The notes under the pieces: generated by a model
The model's input: only the letters and a program-made list of their open reading frames with translations
Told to the model about the DNA's origin: nothing
Database searches by the model: none
Program-made: the position numbers and the translations under genes
Assembly: GCA_002435715.1 (NCBI GenBank)
Contig: DISD01000050.1
Coordinates: forward strand, 38,850 to 102,849
Source of the DNA: Rhodospirillaceae bacterium UBA6219
GTDB lineage: Bacteria > Pseudomonadota > Alphaproteobacteria > Rhodospirillales > Magnetospirillaceae
Direction of reading: 5' to 3'
DNA: 64,000 nt
Shown: piece after piece, positions 36,244 through 46,538 of the stretch
Layout: the number at the start of each line of letters is the position of its first letter
Position numbering within the stretch: the first letter of the stretch is position 1

Positions 36244-37353
36244 ATGCATTACCAGAACGGCGAAAGTGAATTAGAATCATTATCCAACATCTTGACAGCA
36301 GGCTTATTGCCACAGATTTTATCGGCTTTGACCGAATCGGTCACCATCGTTGACCGTGACGGGCAATTCGTTGTCGGCTTCGGTTCCCGCACCAGTACCA
36401 AGAATGGACAGGTCGATCCAAGACAATTGGGGGGAACCTTCATGCAAGGGCTGCATGCGGTGCTGGCCAACCGCCGAGACAGCTTTGAACACATCGACAC
36501 CAGCAATCCCCCCGAAGATTGCGCCCGCTATTGCGTGCACCCCCTGGGCACAGGAAGCGGCGGCCACATCTTCGGAGCGATGATTGTCCGCCATCCCTTG
36601 CAGGAAGTGATGAATGCCAACCGACGGGTCAGCGACATTCTGCACCAAATGGCCAACATCGTTCACGACCTGCGCACCGAACTGAATGCGGTGATCGGCT
36701 TTGCCGACATGATGCAGCAAGAAATCTGGGGAAGACTGGGCGACAGCCATTATCGTGACTATGCAAAAAACATCCACCTGTCCGGCAATTGTTTGCTTCA
36801 GCAGGTCAATCAGCTGCTTGATGTGGCGCGGGCCGATTATTTGGGGCCCGACATTGACGAGCAGGATGTCGACCTCGCCTTGTTGCTCGAACAATGTTGC
36901 AAAAGCGTCGATATCTTGGCGCAACGCAACGGGCTGGCCGTATCCGTCCGCCAACACTCAGTTCCCACCGTTCGCGCAGATTTCCGACTGACTCGACGGG
37001 TCGTCCTCAACTTGCTCAGCAACGCCATTAAATTCACCCCGACAGGGGGACGAATCACTGCAGCCACCGGGCTTGATCACTTGGGACGGCCGTTCCTCTC
37101 GGTGACGGATACCGGCATCGGTATCGGCGCCGACCATTTGGCGAAGGTGATGCACCCCTTCGCCCAGATCGCGTCTTCCCACAACCATCACAACCTGGAC
37201 AATGGCAGCGGTCTGGGACTGCCCTTGTCGAAACGTCTGATGGAAGTGCAAGGCGGATCTCTGGTCCTGAAAAGCGAACCCGACCAAGGCACCACGGTAA
37301 CCGCGTGGTTTCCCCCTCAAAGGGTGGTCGCCGTCTCCCACCCTTCCGGCTGA
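36244..37353 (+). CDS. Soluble sensor histidine kinase (PAS-like N-terminus, HisKA, HATPase)
   Basis: 369 aa, no TM. H-box NIVHDLRTELNAVIGF. G-boxes DTGIGIGADH and GSGLGLPLSKRLMEVQGG. Confidence 0.8.
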   Translation: MHYQNGESELESLSNILTAGLLPQILSALTESVTIVDRDGQFVVGFGSRTSTKNGQVDPRQLGGTFMQGLHAVLANRRDSFEHIDTSNPPEDCARYCVHPLGTGSGGHIFGAMIVRHPLQEVMNANRRVSDILHQMANIVHDLRTELNAVIGFADMMQQEIWGRLGDSHYRDYAKNIHLSGNCLLQQVNQLLDVARADYLGPDIDEQDVDLALLLEQCCKSVDILAQRNGLAVSVRQHSVPTVRADFRLTRRVVLNLLSNAIKFTPTGGRITAATGLDHLGRPFLSVTDTGIGIGADHLAKVMHPFAQIASSHNHHNLDNGSGLGLPLSKRLMEVQGGSLVLKSEPDQGTTVTAWFPPQRVVAVSHPSG

Positions 37354-37733
37354 ATGTCGGCCAGGGTCTTGCCGTCGAACACCGCCAAGAAGGCGTCACG
37401 GGCGTCCTCGATGACGCCTTTCAGCTTGCAACCGGTGATCGGACAGGTGTCACCCTGTTCGTGACAGGGCACCAGATTCAGGTTTTCCGAATGGCGCAGC
37501 AATTGTCCCAGATTGATCTGGTCGGGTTCGCGCGCCAGCCGCAATCCGCCATTCTTGCCGCGCACCGTGGCAATGTGCCCCAGTTCGGTCAGACGACGGA
37601 CGATCTTCTTCAAATGCTCCGAGGAGATTCCGTAGAACTCGGAAACCTCGCGCACGGTGGAAACTTTTTCACGGCGCGCCGACAAGTAGATCAGCAACCG
37701 TAAAGAGTAATCGGTGAATTGAGTGATTTTCAT
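37317..37733 (-). CDS. Rrf2-family transcriptional regulator (NsrR/IscR-like, 3-Cys cluster motif)
   Basis: 138 aa. N-terminus MKITQFTDYSLRLLIYL and Cys triad CHEQGDTCPITGC. Confidence 0.88.
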   Translation of the reverse strand: MKITQFTDYSLRLLIYLSARREKVSTVREVSEFYGISSEHLKKIVRRLTELGHIATVRGKNGGLRLAREPDQINLGQLLRHSENLNLVPCHEQGDTCPITGCKLKGVIEDARDAFLAVFDGKTLADIQPEGWETATTL

Positions 37734-37752
37734 GATCGGCCAAAATCGCGTT

Positions 37753-40362
37753 TTACTGATATTGGCGCAGCTGCATCACCCGTTCAACAGCTTCACTCAC
37801 TTGGCCGTCAATTTTTTGCTGCGACGCAGCGGGGGCATCCAACTCTAGTTGGCTCAGCAAGTCGTAAAGCCGGTTTTCCCCGAACATGCCGCATTTACCC
37901 CGCATGGCGTGCACGTGGTCGACGAAGGCGACGCGATCCCCATGGCACAATTCCTGGAGAACACTGGAATCCTTGTCCATTTCGGCCAGGAAGGCGGGCA
38001 TCAGCGCTTCCAGGCCGGCCGGCGGCTGGGGCGGCGGCGGCAGGGGATTGTCGGGCAGCAGCGCCGACAAAGCGGCCACCAAGGCATCGGGACCGATGGG
38101 TTTGGCCAGGAAAGTGGTGAATCCGGATTCTTCAGCGTGGCGGCGGTCGGCGGCGGCGGCGCCGGCCGACAGCGCCACCACCGGAATGGGCGCCAGCCCC
38201 ATTTCGGCATCCCGTTTGCGGATGGCTCGGCAGGCGGCGAAGCCATCCATTTCCGGCATACGCAAATCCAGGACGATCAAGTCGTAACGCCGGGCCGCCG
38301 CCATTTCGGCGGCTTGCCGTCCATCGGCGGCTTCGTCCACGTCCCAACCGGCAGCGTTGAGGAAACCGCGCAACACCAGACGGTTCAGCTCGACATCGTC
38401 GGCCAACAGCACGTCCACATGGCTGGGGGCATGATGTTTCTTCAGTGCCGGCGGCTCGGCCTGGGTCAAGGGCAAGGACAAATCCGCCTCGGTCAAGCCG
38501 TCCAGCCGCCGCACGGACAATTGGCCGCCCATGGCCTCTACCAGGTTGCGACACAGGGTCTGGCCGATATCGCCTTCGCCGCTGCTTTCCACGTCGGCCC
38601 GCGCCGGCCCCAGCAGGCGGACCCGCAAGCAAGCGTCGTCGGGGTCGATCCCCAACACCATTTCCCCCGGCGCGGTGCCGAAACGATCCAGAAGCGTGCG
38701 CACCACCTGCAAAAGCGCGCTTTCGTCGGCCATCATCGCCGCCGGCAGGCTTGGGGAACAGTTCATGCGGAAGCTTTGGCCGCGGTCGCCCGCCTGGGCG
38801 CGCACCAAAGTGGCCATTTCCTCGCACAATTCGTCCAACCGCACCGGCTTGGACACCAATTGCACCCGCCCGGTTTCCATGCCGGCCAGTTCCAAGATGT
38901 TGCCGATCAGACGGCTCAGTTGCTCGGCGGTGCGGCGCAGCAGACGGACATAGCGATGCTGGCGGTCGTCCAAGGCGGTTCCGGCCAACAATTCGGTCAA
39001 CCCCACCCAGCCGTGCAAGGGGGTGCGGATTTCATGGCTCATCACGGCCAGGAACTCGGACTTGGCCTTCGACGCCTGTTCCGCCACCTCCAAAGCGTCG
39101 GCCAACGAGGCGGTGCGTTGCGCCACCAACCCTTCCAGGTCGCGGTTCATCTGTGCCAGGCTTTCCGACGCCGAACGTTCGGCATGGAACCTGCGCAGCG
39201 CCAATGCGGCGAAATAGCAGGTGGCGAAAGCGGCGAAGCCCACCGGGATCAGATCGGTGCTGGTGATGATGCGGGCATAGTGAAGAATGTCGTTGACCAT
39301 GGCCGCGCACAGCAGGACCGACCCCGCCATCAACCAATTGGCCCCCAGACGCCGCCGCGCCATGGCCCACCCCACCAATCCCACGCCGACCAGCGGTGCC
39401 AGCAGGTTCAGCACCATGAAGGGATCGCGGAAATTGGTGTAAAACGCCGGCGGCGTCAGCACCGCCGCCACCACCATGAACCCGGAAACCACATAGCCGA
39501 CCAGGGCCAGGGGCCGGGGCGTCTCGTCGGGCAACAATTCACGCAAGAAGCCGAAATAGATGCCGGGAAAGACGAAAAGCGTCGCATAGGACACCGGCAG
39601 GTACCAGAAATCGGCCCGCATCTGATGGCCGATCAGCACATAAAGCTGGGCGGAACTGAAGGTACGGGCCGCTACCAGGGCGGTGAACAAGGCGAAGATC
39701 AGGAAGGCCGGATCGCGCTTGCCGCCGGCATAGAAGGCCAGCGCCATCAAGGTCACCATCACCAGCGCCCCCAAGGCGGCCAAAGGCAGGGCGGTCAGGC
39801 GTTCGGCCTGCAGGGCCAGCACCTCGGCCGGTCCGATGCGCACCGCCCGGGTGATTCCGCCTTCGAAATGGTGGTGGTTGGAAATCTCGAACACCAGGTC
39901 GACGAAATGCCGCCCCAATGGCAAGGGCACCAGCACCTGTTCCAGCACAGGCACTTCCGAATCGGCGCTCAGGCCCAATTGCCCCATGGAGAGGACCAGT
40001 TCGCCATCCACGTGCAGGCGCCAAGCGCTGTTGATATCGGGAATGGCCAAGGCCAAAGGCGGCGCATTTTCCGGCAACAGCACCCGCAACACCAAGGAAG
40101 CGTTGCCGATACCGGGAAACAGCACGTTCCAGGGATTGGGCTGGTTGATGTAGGAATCCACCGCCCAGGCGAAAGCCCGCGACGAATCGGCGCCCCGCAC
40201 CACCCCCCATTGGCCCGACAGCTCGACGGCGCCGGTTTGGGGAAAGTCGATTCCACGCAGGTCGATGACGCCATGCACCGCTTCCGGCGCCGACGCCCGG
40301 ACGTAACCGGGGGTCAGAACCGCGGCCAGCACCACCACCAATCGGATCAACAGCCCGCGCAT
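37753..40362 (-). CDS. Hybrid sensor kinase: 7TMR-DISMED2 / 7TM / HisKA-HATPase / REC / HPt
   Basis: 869 aa with a signal peptide and a periplasmic DISMED2-like domain, then about 7 TM segments. H-box [30 protein letters not shown]-terminal HPt motif HAMRGKCGMFG. Confidence 0.88.
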   Translation of the reverse strand: MRGLLIRLVVVLAAVLTPGYVRASAPEAVHGVIDLRGIDFPQTGAVELSGQWGVVRGADSSRAFAWAVDSYINQPNPWNVLFPGIGNASLVLRVLLPENAPPLALAIPDINSAWRLHVDGELVLSMGQLGLSADSEVPVLEQVLVPLPLGRHFVDLVFEISNHHHFEGGITRAVRIGPAEVLALQAERLTALPLAALGALVMVTLMALAFYAGGKRDPAFLIFALFTALVAARTFSSAQLYVLIGHQMRADFWYLPVSYATLFVFPGIYFGFLRELLPDETPRPLALVGYVVSGFMVVAAVLTPPAFYTNFRDPFMVLNLLAPLVGVGLVGWAMARRRLGANWLMAGSVLLCAAMVNDILHYARIITSTDLIPVGFAAFATCYFAALALRRFHAERSASESLAQMNRDLEGLVAQRTASLADALEVAEQASKAKSEFLAVMSHEIRTPLHGWVGLTELLAGTALDDRQHRYVRLLRRTAEQLSRLIGNILELAGMETGRVQLVSKPVRLDELCEEMATLVRAQAGDRGQSFRMNCSPSLPAAMMADESALLQVVRTLLDRFGTAPGEMVLGIDPDDACLRVRLLGPARADVESSGEGDIGQTLCRNLVEAMGGQLSVRRLDGLTEADLSLPLTQAEPPALKKHHAPSHVDVLLADDVELNRLVLRGFLNAAGWDVDEAADGRQAAEMAAARRYDLIVLDLRMPEMDGFAACRAIRKRDAEMGLAPIPVVALSAGAAAADRRHAEESGFTTFLAKPIGPDALVAALSALLPDNPLPPPPQPPAGLEALMPAFLAEMDKDSSVLQELCHGDRVAFVDHVHAMRGKCGMFGENRLYDLLSQLELDAPAASQQKIDGQVSEAVERVMQLRQYQ

Positions 40363-40423
40363 ATCTATTTTGTCGCAGGCATCGCCGCCGACGTCATCAG
40401 GTAAAACCCTTAGTTTAACGCAG

Positions 40424-42178
40424 CTAGCCGCGCGCCTGACGGACGTAGTCGCGGAATCGCTCGGCCGCCAGGGGCGGAGAATAACGATAGCCCTGCACCA
40501 AGTCGCAGCCGCGTTCGGTCAGGAAGGCCTGTTGCTCGGCGGTTTCCACCCCTTCCCCCACCACCTGCATGCCCAAGGAATGGCCCAAGGCGATGATGGC
40601 TTCGATCAACCGGGCATCCTCGGCATTGCGCAGCGCCTCGGCGACGAACGAGCGGTCGATCTTCAAAACGTCCACAGGGAAATGCTTCAGATAGGACAGC
40701 GACGCATAGCCGGTGCCGAAATCGTCCACCGCGATCTTGGCCCCCAGGTTGCGCACCGCTTCCAGTTTGCGCACCACTTCTTCCCCCGATCCCAGGATCA
40801 GGCTTTCGGTGATTTCCACCGTCACCAATTGCGGGTCCATGCCGCTTTGGTCCAAGGCACGGGTCAGGATGGCGGCGATGTCCGCCTGCTGGACTTGGCG
40901 GGGCGAGACGTTGACGGCGATGCGCAACGGCCCCAGCCCGGCCTGCTGCCAGCTTTTGGCCTCGCACAGCGCCGAATGGGTCAGCCATTCGCCGATGGGC
41001 AGGATCATCCCCATCTCTTCGGCCAAGGGGACGAATTGTTCGGGATTGACGGCGCCGATATAGCGGTTTTGCCAGCGCAACAGCGCTTCGGCCCCCGCCA
41101 CCGCGCCCGTGCTCAGGTCGATCACCGGCTGGTAGACCAGCGAGAATTCGTCATGGCTGAGCGCGTCGGACAATTCGCCGGCCAAACGCGAACGGGCCTG
41201 GGCCCGGGCATCCATGCTGGCGGTGAAGAAACGGAAGGTGCCGCGTCCTGCCGCCTTGGCCTGTTCCAGGGCCGAGGACGCGTTGCGCAACAGCGCTTCC
41301 ACGTCTTCACCGTCGCCGGGCCACAACGACACGCCGATGGACGCCGACAACAGAATCTGGTGGGCTTCGATCAACAGGGGTTCATGCAGGGATTCCAGCA
41401 TCACCCGCACCACCGCCTCGACTTCCTCGACCTTGTCGACCTGGGGCAGCACGGCGATGAACTCGTCGCCGCCGAAACGGCCCAAGGTGTCGCCCTTGCG
41501 CAGGGCCCGACTGAAGCGGTGGGCGCATTCGCGCAGCACCATGTCGCCCACCGTCATGCCCAAGGTGTCGTTGATGGTCTTGAAACCGTCCAGGCCGATG
41601 AACAATACCGCCGCGCGGCAATGTTCGCGCCCGGCCAGCACCAGGGCCTGCAACAGCCGATCCAACAGCAACGAACGGTTGGGAAGCCCGGTCAGCGTGT
41701 CGAAATTGCTGTTCTGCCACAACTTTTCAGCGGTTTCGCAGGCTTCCGAAATGTCGCGGAACATCACTACATGACGGTTCGAGCCCCCATGCATGTCGTG
41801 TTCGCAGGCGATGGACAGGCTTTGCCGATAGGCCTCGCCATTCTTGCGCCGGCTCCAAGTCTCGCCTTCCCAGGCGCTGCCACGGCGCAAATGTTCGCCC
41901 ACATCGTCAAGAAAGCGGCCATCGCCCAAAGTGCTGTAAAGGCTGGCCGCCGTTCGGCCGACCATTTCATCGGGCATGAAACCGGTAATGGCGGTGAAGG
42001 CGGGGTTGACCACCAGGATCCGCCATTGGTTATCGCAGACCAGCATGGCTTCCGCCGCCATGTCGAAGGCAGCACGAAACAAACGCAATTCGGCGTTTTC
42101 GCACTCAAGCTCTTGCAAACGCTGATCGGGTCCCAAACAAACACTCCCGGTTGTAAGAGCTTCATATAGCCAGGGCAT
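40424..42178 (-). CDS. PAS / GGDEF / EAL c-di-GMP turnover protein
   Basis: 584 aa with an intact GGDEF motif (RFGGDEFIAVL) and an intact EAL motif (GAEALLRW). Confidence 0.9.
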   Translation of the reverse strand: MPWLYEALTTGSVCLGPDQRLQELECENAELRLFRAAFDMAAEAMLVCDNQWRILVVNPAFTAITGFMPDEMVGRTAASLYSTLGDGRFLDDVGEHLRRGSAWEGETWSRRKNGEAYRQSLSIACEHDMHGGSNRHVVMFRDISEACETAEKLWQNSNFDTLTGLPNRSLLLDRLLQALVLAGREHCRAAVLFIGLDGFKTINDTLGMTVGDMVLRECAHRFSRALRKGDTLGRFGGDEFIAVLPQVDKVEEVEAVVRVMLESLHEPLLIEAHQILLSASIGVSLWPGDGEDVEALLRNASSALEQAKAAGRGTFRFFTASMDARAQARSRLAGELSDALSHDEFSLVYQPVIDLSTGAVAGAEALLRWQNRYIGAVNPEQFVPLAEEMGMILPIGEWLTHSALCEAKSWQQAGLGPLRIAVNVSPRQVQQADIAAILTRALDQSGMDPQLVTVEITESLILGSGEEVVRKLEAVRNLGAKIAVDDFGTGYASLSYLKHFPVDVLKIDRSFVAEALRNAEDARLIEAIIALGHSLGMQVVGEGVETAEQQAFLTERGCDLVQGYRYSPPLAAERFRDYVRQARG

Positions 42179-42380
42179 GGCACGCTAAACAAGCGGCGCG
42201 CCTTCGTAAACCCATAAAGGAAGTGTGCCTATAAATTAGGCTCATATATACCATGCATAAAATTCAGGCGTCCGACCTTGCCCAAACCCATCAACCCTGT
42301 CATCATCCCTGATGTCCATGGTGGCTTTTTCCTCCCGGCCACCTCTGACGAGACCTGAAGAGCTCTTCTCGACGAACAAG

Positions 42381-42405
42381 CCGCGCGCCCCTTCCTGGCG
42401 CGCGG
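42381..42405 (-). terminator. GC-rich hairpin immediately after the transporter stop codon
   Basis: 9-bp stem ccgcgcgcc (42381-42389) pairing with ggcgcgcgg (42397-42405). The clear T-run (ttttcgtt) is on the plus-strand side; the minus side has only cuuguucg. Confidence 0.45.
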
Positions 42406-42412
42406 TTTTCGT

Positions 42413-44059
42413 TCATCCCGCCCACAGAACCAAAGCGATGACCTGGGGCGCCACCACCCGCAGCACCATGACCAGCGGATAGACCGTGGCATAGGACAAG
42501 ATCGGCGCTTCCGAGGACGCCAACCCCTGGGCGAAGGCCAAGGCCGGCGGATCGGTCATCGACCCGGCCAGCAATCCGCACATGGTCAGGTAGTTCACCC
42601 GGGTCAACAGCGTCCCCACCAACGCCACGGTGACCAGCGGCAACAGGGTGATCAGCACCCCCCAGGCCATCCAACTGAGGCCCGGCCCGTGGACCAGGGT
42701 CTCGACGAAGCCGTGCCCCGACTTGACGCCGACGGCGGCCAGGAACAAGGCGATGCCCAGATCGCGCATCAAATGGTTGGCGGCCGGCGGCATGAACCAC
42801 ACCACCCGGCCCACATGGCCCAGCCGCGACAGCAAAATGGCCACCACCAGCGGCCCCCCCGCCAACCCCAACTTGATGGAGGACGGCAGGCCGGGCAGCA
42901 GGATGGGCAGCGAGCCCAACAGCATGCCCAAAGCGATGCCGATGAAGATGGAGGTCATCTGGGTTTCCAGCAACGCCTTGGAGCGGTTGCCGATGATCCC
43001 GGCCACCAGGGGCATGGATTCAGGGGCGCCGACCACCGTCAGCATGTCGCCGAATTGAAGTTTCAAACTGGAATCGGGCACCAGTTCATGCCCGCCACGG
43101 TTGACCCGGCTGACCACCACGCCATGAGTCCCGCGCAAATTCAGTTGCCCCAGGGTCCGGCCCAGCATTTCCGAACGGGTGACCACCTGGCGTTCCCAAA
43201 CCACGTCAGCGCTGTCCATGGTCTTCAAATCCACCGCCGCCACCGGTCCCAGCAAACGGTTCAGACGCGGCAGGCGCGAAGCCGGCCCCACCGCCAGCAC
43301 CACGTCGCCTTCGGCCAAGGTGTCCTCGGCATGGACCACGTGCTGGCTGCCGTCATGCAGCACCCGCGACAACACCACGCCCATTTCCTTCAATTCGTCC
43401 AGATCGCGCAGCCGCACGCCGAACACCGCCGGGTTCTTGATCTCGACGTTGACGGTTTCCAACTGTTCCTGACCGGCGGCGCGGGCCGCATCGAAATCGG
43501 CCGCCGCCTTGGCCGGGCTTTGGCGGAACACCAGACGCAGGATCAGCATGGAGGCCAGAATGCCGACGATGCCGAAAGGATAGGCCACCGCATAGGCTTG
43601 GCCTTGAATCGCCCCGGTCACCCCCAATTGCGTCAGCACTTCCTGACCGGCGGCCAAGGACGGCGTGTTGGTCACCGCGCCTGACAACAGGCCCAAGGCG
43701 GCGGGGAGTTCGACCCCGCCCCACAAATGCACCGCCACGGCCAACAACGAGCCCAGGACCACGACAGCGGCCGCCATCAGGTTCAAGGCCATGCCGTCTT
43801 TCTGAAAGGCCTGGAAAAAGCCCGGCCCCACCGTCACGCCGATGGCGTAGACGAACAGCACCAAGCCGAATTCGCGGGCGAAGGCCAGCATGGTGGGATC
43901 AAGGGTCAGGCCGAAATGGCCCAGCGCCAGGCCGGCGAACAACACGCCGCCCACCCCCAGCTTGACGCCGCCCAGCTTGATCTGTCCCAAGGCCAAGCCG
44001 CCGGCAGCAGCCAAGGACAGAACCAAAAGCGCTTGCGCCGGTCCGTGCAATTCCATCAT
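42413..44059 (-). CDS. YidE/YbjL-family transporter (two membrane halves with two central TrkA-C/RCK_C domains)
   Basis: 548 aa from the ATG at 44059 (MMELHGPAQALLVL...). Duplicated polytopic halves flank soluble repeats of the type GDVVLAVGP / GDMLTVVGAP. Confidence 0.82.
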   Translation of the reverse strand: MMELHGPAQALLVLSLAAAGGLALGQIKLGGVKLGVGGVLFAGLALGHFGLTLDPTMLAFAREFGLVLFVYAIGVTVGPGFFQAFQKDGMALNLMAAAVVVLGSLLAVAVHLWGGVELPAALGLLSGAVTNTPSLAAGQEVLTQLGVTGAIQGQAYAVAYPFGIVGILASMLILRLVFRQSPAKAAADFDAARAAGQEQLETVNVEIKNPAVFGVRLRDLDELKEMGVVLSRVLHDGSQHVVHAEDTLAEGDVVLAVGPASRLPRLNRLLGPVAAVDLKTMDSADVVWERQVVTRSEMLGRTLGQLNLRGTHGVVVSRVNRGGHELVPDSSLKLQFGDMLTVVGAPESMPLVAGIIGNRSKALLETQMTSIFIGIALGMLLGSLPILLPGLPSSIKLGLAGGPLVVAILLSRLGHVGRVVWFMPPAANHLMRDLGIALFLAAVGVKSGHGFVETLVHGPGLSWMAWGVLITLLPLVTVALVGTLLTRVNYLTMCGLLAGSMTDPPALAFAQGLASSEAPILSYATVYPLVMVLRVVAPQVIALVLWAG

Positions 44060-44124
44060 CCCCACCCCATCGTTGCAGCGCAACAAGCGTGTCGCAGCAG
44101 CGCGACCTTGGCAAGGACGAAGCG

Positions 44125-45726
44125 TTACGGCATCGATTTCGCCAATTCCATCAGATCGACCGCCCCACCCCGCCAGCCATAAGGATCTGCCCCCTTGGCG
44201 CCTTGGGCCAAAGCGATGGTCGCCCCCCACATGTCCTTGTCCAACTGACCGCGCAGGATCTGGCCGAAACCGGCGATGGCGACGGCGAAACGGACATCGT
44301 CGCTGGCGGAATCCAGATTGGGCAGGTCTTGGGAAGGGCTTACCGCCAAGGTGGACAGACGGCTTTCACTTTGTCCCGGCACTTTGTGGCGCAGCTTGAC
44401 GAAGGCGTATTCGTCGTTGACCTGCCCCGTGGCGGTTTCGGCCTTTTTCTTCGGCGCGTAACGCAGATCGTCCATGGCCTTGCCAGAGACCCCCACCGGC
44501 AGGAATTCATAGAGGGCGGTCACCGAGTGACCGGCGCCGATTTCGCCGGCATCCACCTTGTCGTTGTTGAAATCGGCGCGGCGCAAGGCCCGGGTCTCGT
44601 AACCGATCAGCCGGTATTCGGCCACCTTGGCGGGGTTGAATTCGACCTGGATCTTGACGTCGTCGGCCACCGGTATCACCGAGGATTCCAACTGGTTCAC
44701 CAGCACCTTGCGGGCCTCCAGCAGGCTGTCCAGATAGGCCGCCTGACCATTGCCGGCCTGGGCCAAGCTTTGCATGGTGGTGTCGTTCAGATTGCCCAAA
44801 CCCACCCCCAGTACCGTCAGATAGATACCGGTCTTACGCTTTTCGGTGATCAATTCCTCAAGGGCCCTGGGTGAACTCGCACCGAGATTGAAATCGCCGT
44901 CGGTGGCCAGGATCACCCGATTGGCGGCGTTGCCTTCGAACATGGCTTGGGCCTGGGCATAAGCCGCGTTCAGACCGGCGGCGCCGGCCGTGCCGCCCCC
45001 CGCCCTCAATCCGTCGATGGCGGCCAAAATCTTGGCGCGTTCACCGGCGACGGTGGGTTCCAGCCGGATGGCGGTGCCGCTGGCATAAGTGACCAACGCC
45101 ACCTTGTCGTCGGGCCGCAGGGCTTCCACCAATTGCCGCAGCGACGCCTGCACCAGGGGCAGACGATCCGCCCCCATCATCGATCCCGACACGTCGACCA
45201 GGAAGGTCAAATTGGCGGGTGGCCGAGTGCCCGTCGTCGGCGCCCAGGCCTTGATGCCCAGATGCAGCAGCTTGGCGCCCTTCTTCCACGGCGACGGCAC
45301 GATGGTGGCATGGGTGGCGAAACCATCCTGGCGCTTTTCGGGACCGGCGTAATCATAGGGGAAATAGTTGATCATCTCTTCCACCCGCACCGCCTGGGCC
45401 GGCACCTTGCCGGTCTGGCTGAGCAGACGACGCATCACCGCATAGGACGCGGTGTCCACTTCGGCGGAAAAGGTCGACACCGGGTTGTCCCCGGTGGAAA
45501 GCCAAGTCGAGGGTGGCGCGTCGGGCATGTCCTTGAACGGCGCCTGGATTTGGCGGGGCGGCGAATAAACGATGTCGGCCATCATGGGCCTGAACGCGAC
45601 CGGTGGGGCCATGGACCGTGCCGGGGCGGGTGCCGCCCCGGTTGCGTGCGAAACTTCGTTTGTGGTCGTGGTCTCGCAGCCGGCCACCGCCAGCGCACAG
45701 ATCAGGGGCAATAGGCGACGCATCAT
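44125..45726 (-). CDS. von Willebrand factor A domain lipoprotein (YfbK-like)
   Basis: ATG at 45726 with lipobox LAVAGC. MIDAS motif in LTFLVDVSGSM. Length and order resemble YfbK-type vWA proteins. Confidence 0.85.
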   Translation of the reverse strand: MMRRLLPLICALAVAGCETTTTNEVSHATGAAPAPARSMAPPVAFRPMMADIVYSPPRQIQAPFKDMPDAPPSTWLSTGDNPVSTFSAEVDTASYAVMRRLLSQTGKVPAQAVRVEEMINYFPYDYAGPEKRQDGFATHATIVPSPWKKGAKLLHLGIKAWAPTTGTRPPANLTFLVDVSGSMMGADRLPLVQASLRQLVEALRPDDKVALVTYASGTAIRLEPTVAGERAKILAAIDGLRAGGGTAGAAGLNAAYAQAQAMFEGNAANRVILATDGDFNLGASSPRALEELITEKRKTGIYLTVLGVGLGNLNDTTMQSLAQAGNGQAAYLDSLLEARKVLVNQLESSVIPVADDVKIQVEFNPAKVAEYRLIGYETRALRRADFNNDKVDAGEIGAGHSVTALYEFLPVGVSGKAMDDLRYAPKKKAETATGQVNDEYAFVKLRHKVPGQSESRLSTLAVSPSQDLPNLDSASDDVRFAVAIAGFGQILRGQLDKDMWGATIALAQGAKGADPYGWRGGAVDLMELAKSMP

Positions 45727-45790
45727 GGCTAACCTCCGACTTGGACAGCCCAAGCAGAATTTCGCGCAATGATGGCTGAATTAAGTTCCC

Positions 45791-46429
45791 CTATCGCACC
45801 GCTGGAAAGATGACCTGGCCGGCACAGCGGTCGCGCACCGACTTGCTGCAATCGGTGAATTTCAGGTCCTTGGACAGACAGATCCGCAACTCGGCGCCGT
45901 AGCGGCCCCGGCAGACCACGGCGATCTGATCCGCCCCCAGGCCGGGATTGGCCTTGATGAACAGATCCTCGACCTGTGAGGGGGCCAGGGTGAACATGGC
46001 CTTGGGGGCGCTGAATTCCGCCGGCAGCTTGACGGCGGCGAAGGCCTGGGCGGTCTTGGCGAAATATTCGGCCGGAGCGGTGCCGTCACAGGTGCCGTGG
46101 CGCGCCCATTCGTGCTCGATCAGCTTTTTGCTGGGCATGATGGGCAAGGTCTTGGCCACCACGTCATCGGGCACCGGCTGCGGCTCGGCTGCGCATTGGG
46201 CCGGATAGCCGCTTTCGGCATATTGCGGCCACAGCCCGTGGACGACGAAACCATAGCCTTTGGGACCGCCGCATTGATCGGGGTCGTCGCGCCCGGCGCG
46301 GCTGGCGCAATAGGTCGGCGACCACGACAACGACAGCACATATTGGTCGAATTGACCGGGCGGCGCCGGCTTTTGCGCCCAAGCCGGCAGGGCGAACAAG
46401 CAGGCCAGGGCGATGATCACGACACGCAT
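45791..46429 (-). CDS. Ribonuclease T2 family, secreted
   Basis: ATG at 46429 with signal peptide MRVVIIALACLFALPAWAQ. CAS I VVHGLWPQ and CAS II EWARHGTC. Confidence 0.88.
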   Translation of the reverse strand: MRVVIIALACLFALPAWAQKPAPPGQFDQYVLSLSWSPTYCASRAGRDDPDQCGGPKGYGFVVHGLWPQYAESGYPAQCAAEPQPVPDDVVAKTLPIMPSKKLIEHEWARHGTCDGTAPAEYFAKTAQAFAAVKLPAEFSAPKAMFTLAPSQVEDLFIKANPGLGADQIAVVCRGRYGAELRICLSKDLKFTDCSKSVRDRCAGQVIFPAVR

Positions 46430-46538
46430 GGGCGACCTCCATTGCAATGGTTTCAATTTACCCGCGCCGAAATCCTTGACAAGCGCCTTGACTACGCCCT
46501 GAATTGCGCCCTTCCCGCCACAGGAACCAAATCAAATC

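Noticed and set aside
37849-42169. 851-aa and 599-aa plus-strand ORFs (37849-40404 and 40370-42169)
   Set aside because: They are antisense to the 7TMR-DISM hybrid kinase and the PAS-GGDEF-EAL gene. Both are shadow ORFs of a high-GC genome.
42179-42412. Possible plus-strand sRNA ending at the hairpin plus T-run at 42381-42413
   Set aside because: The T-run orientation suggested a plus-strand terminator between two minus-strand genes. However, the hairpin directly follows the transporter stop codon, and the AT-rich part is the expected promoter region of the GGDEF-EAL gene. Without transcript data, a bidirectional or weak minus-strand terminator is the simpler reading.
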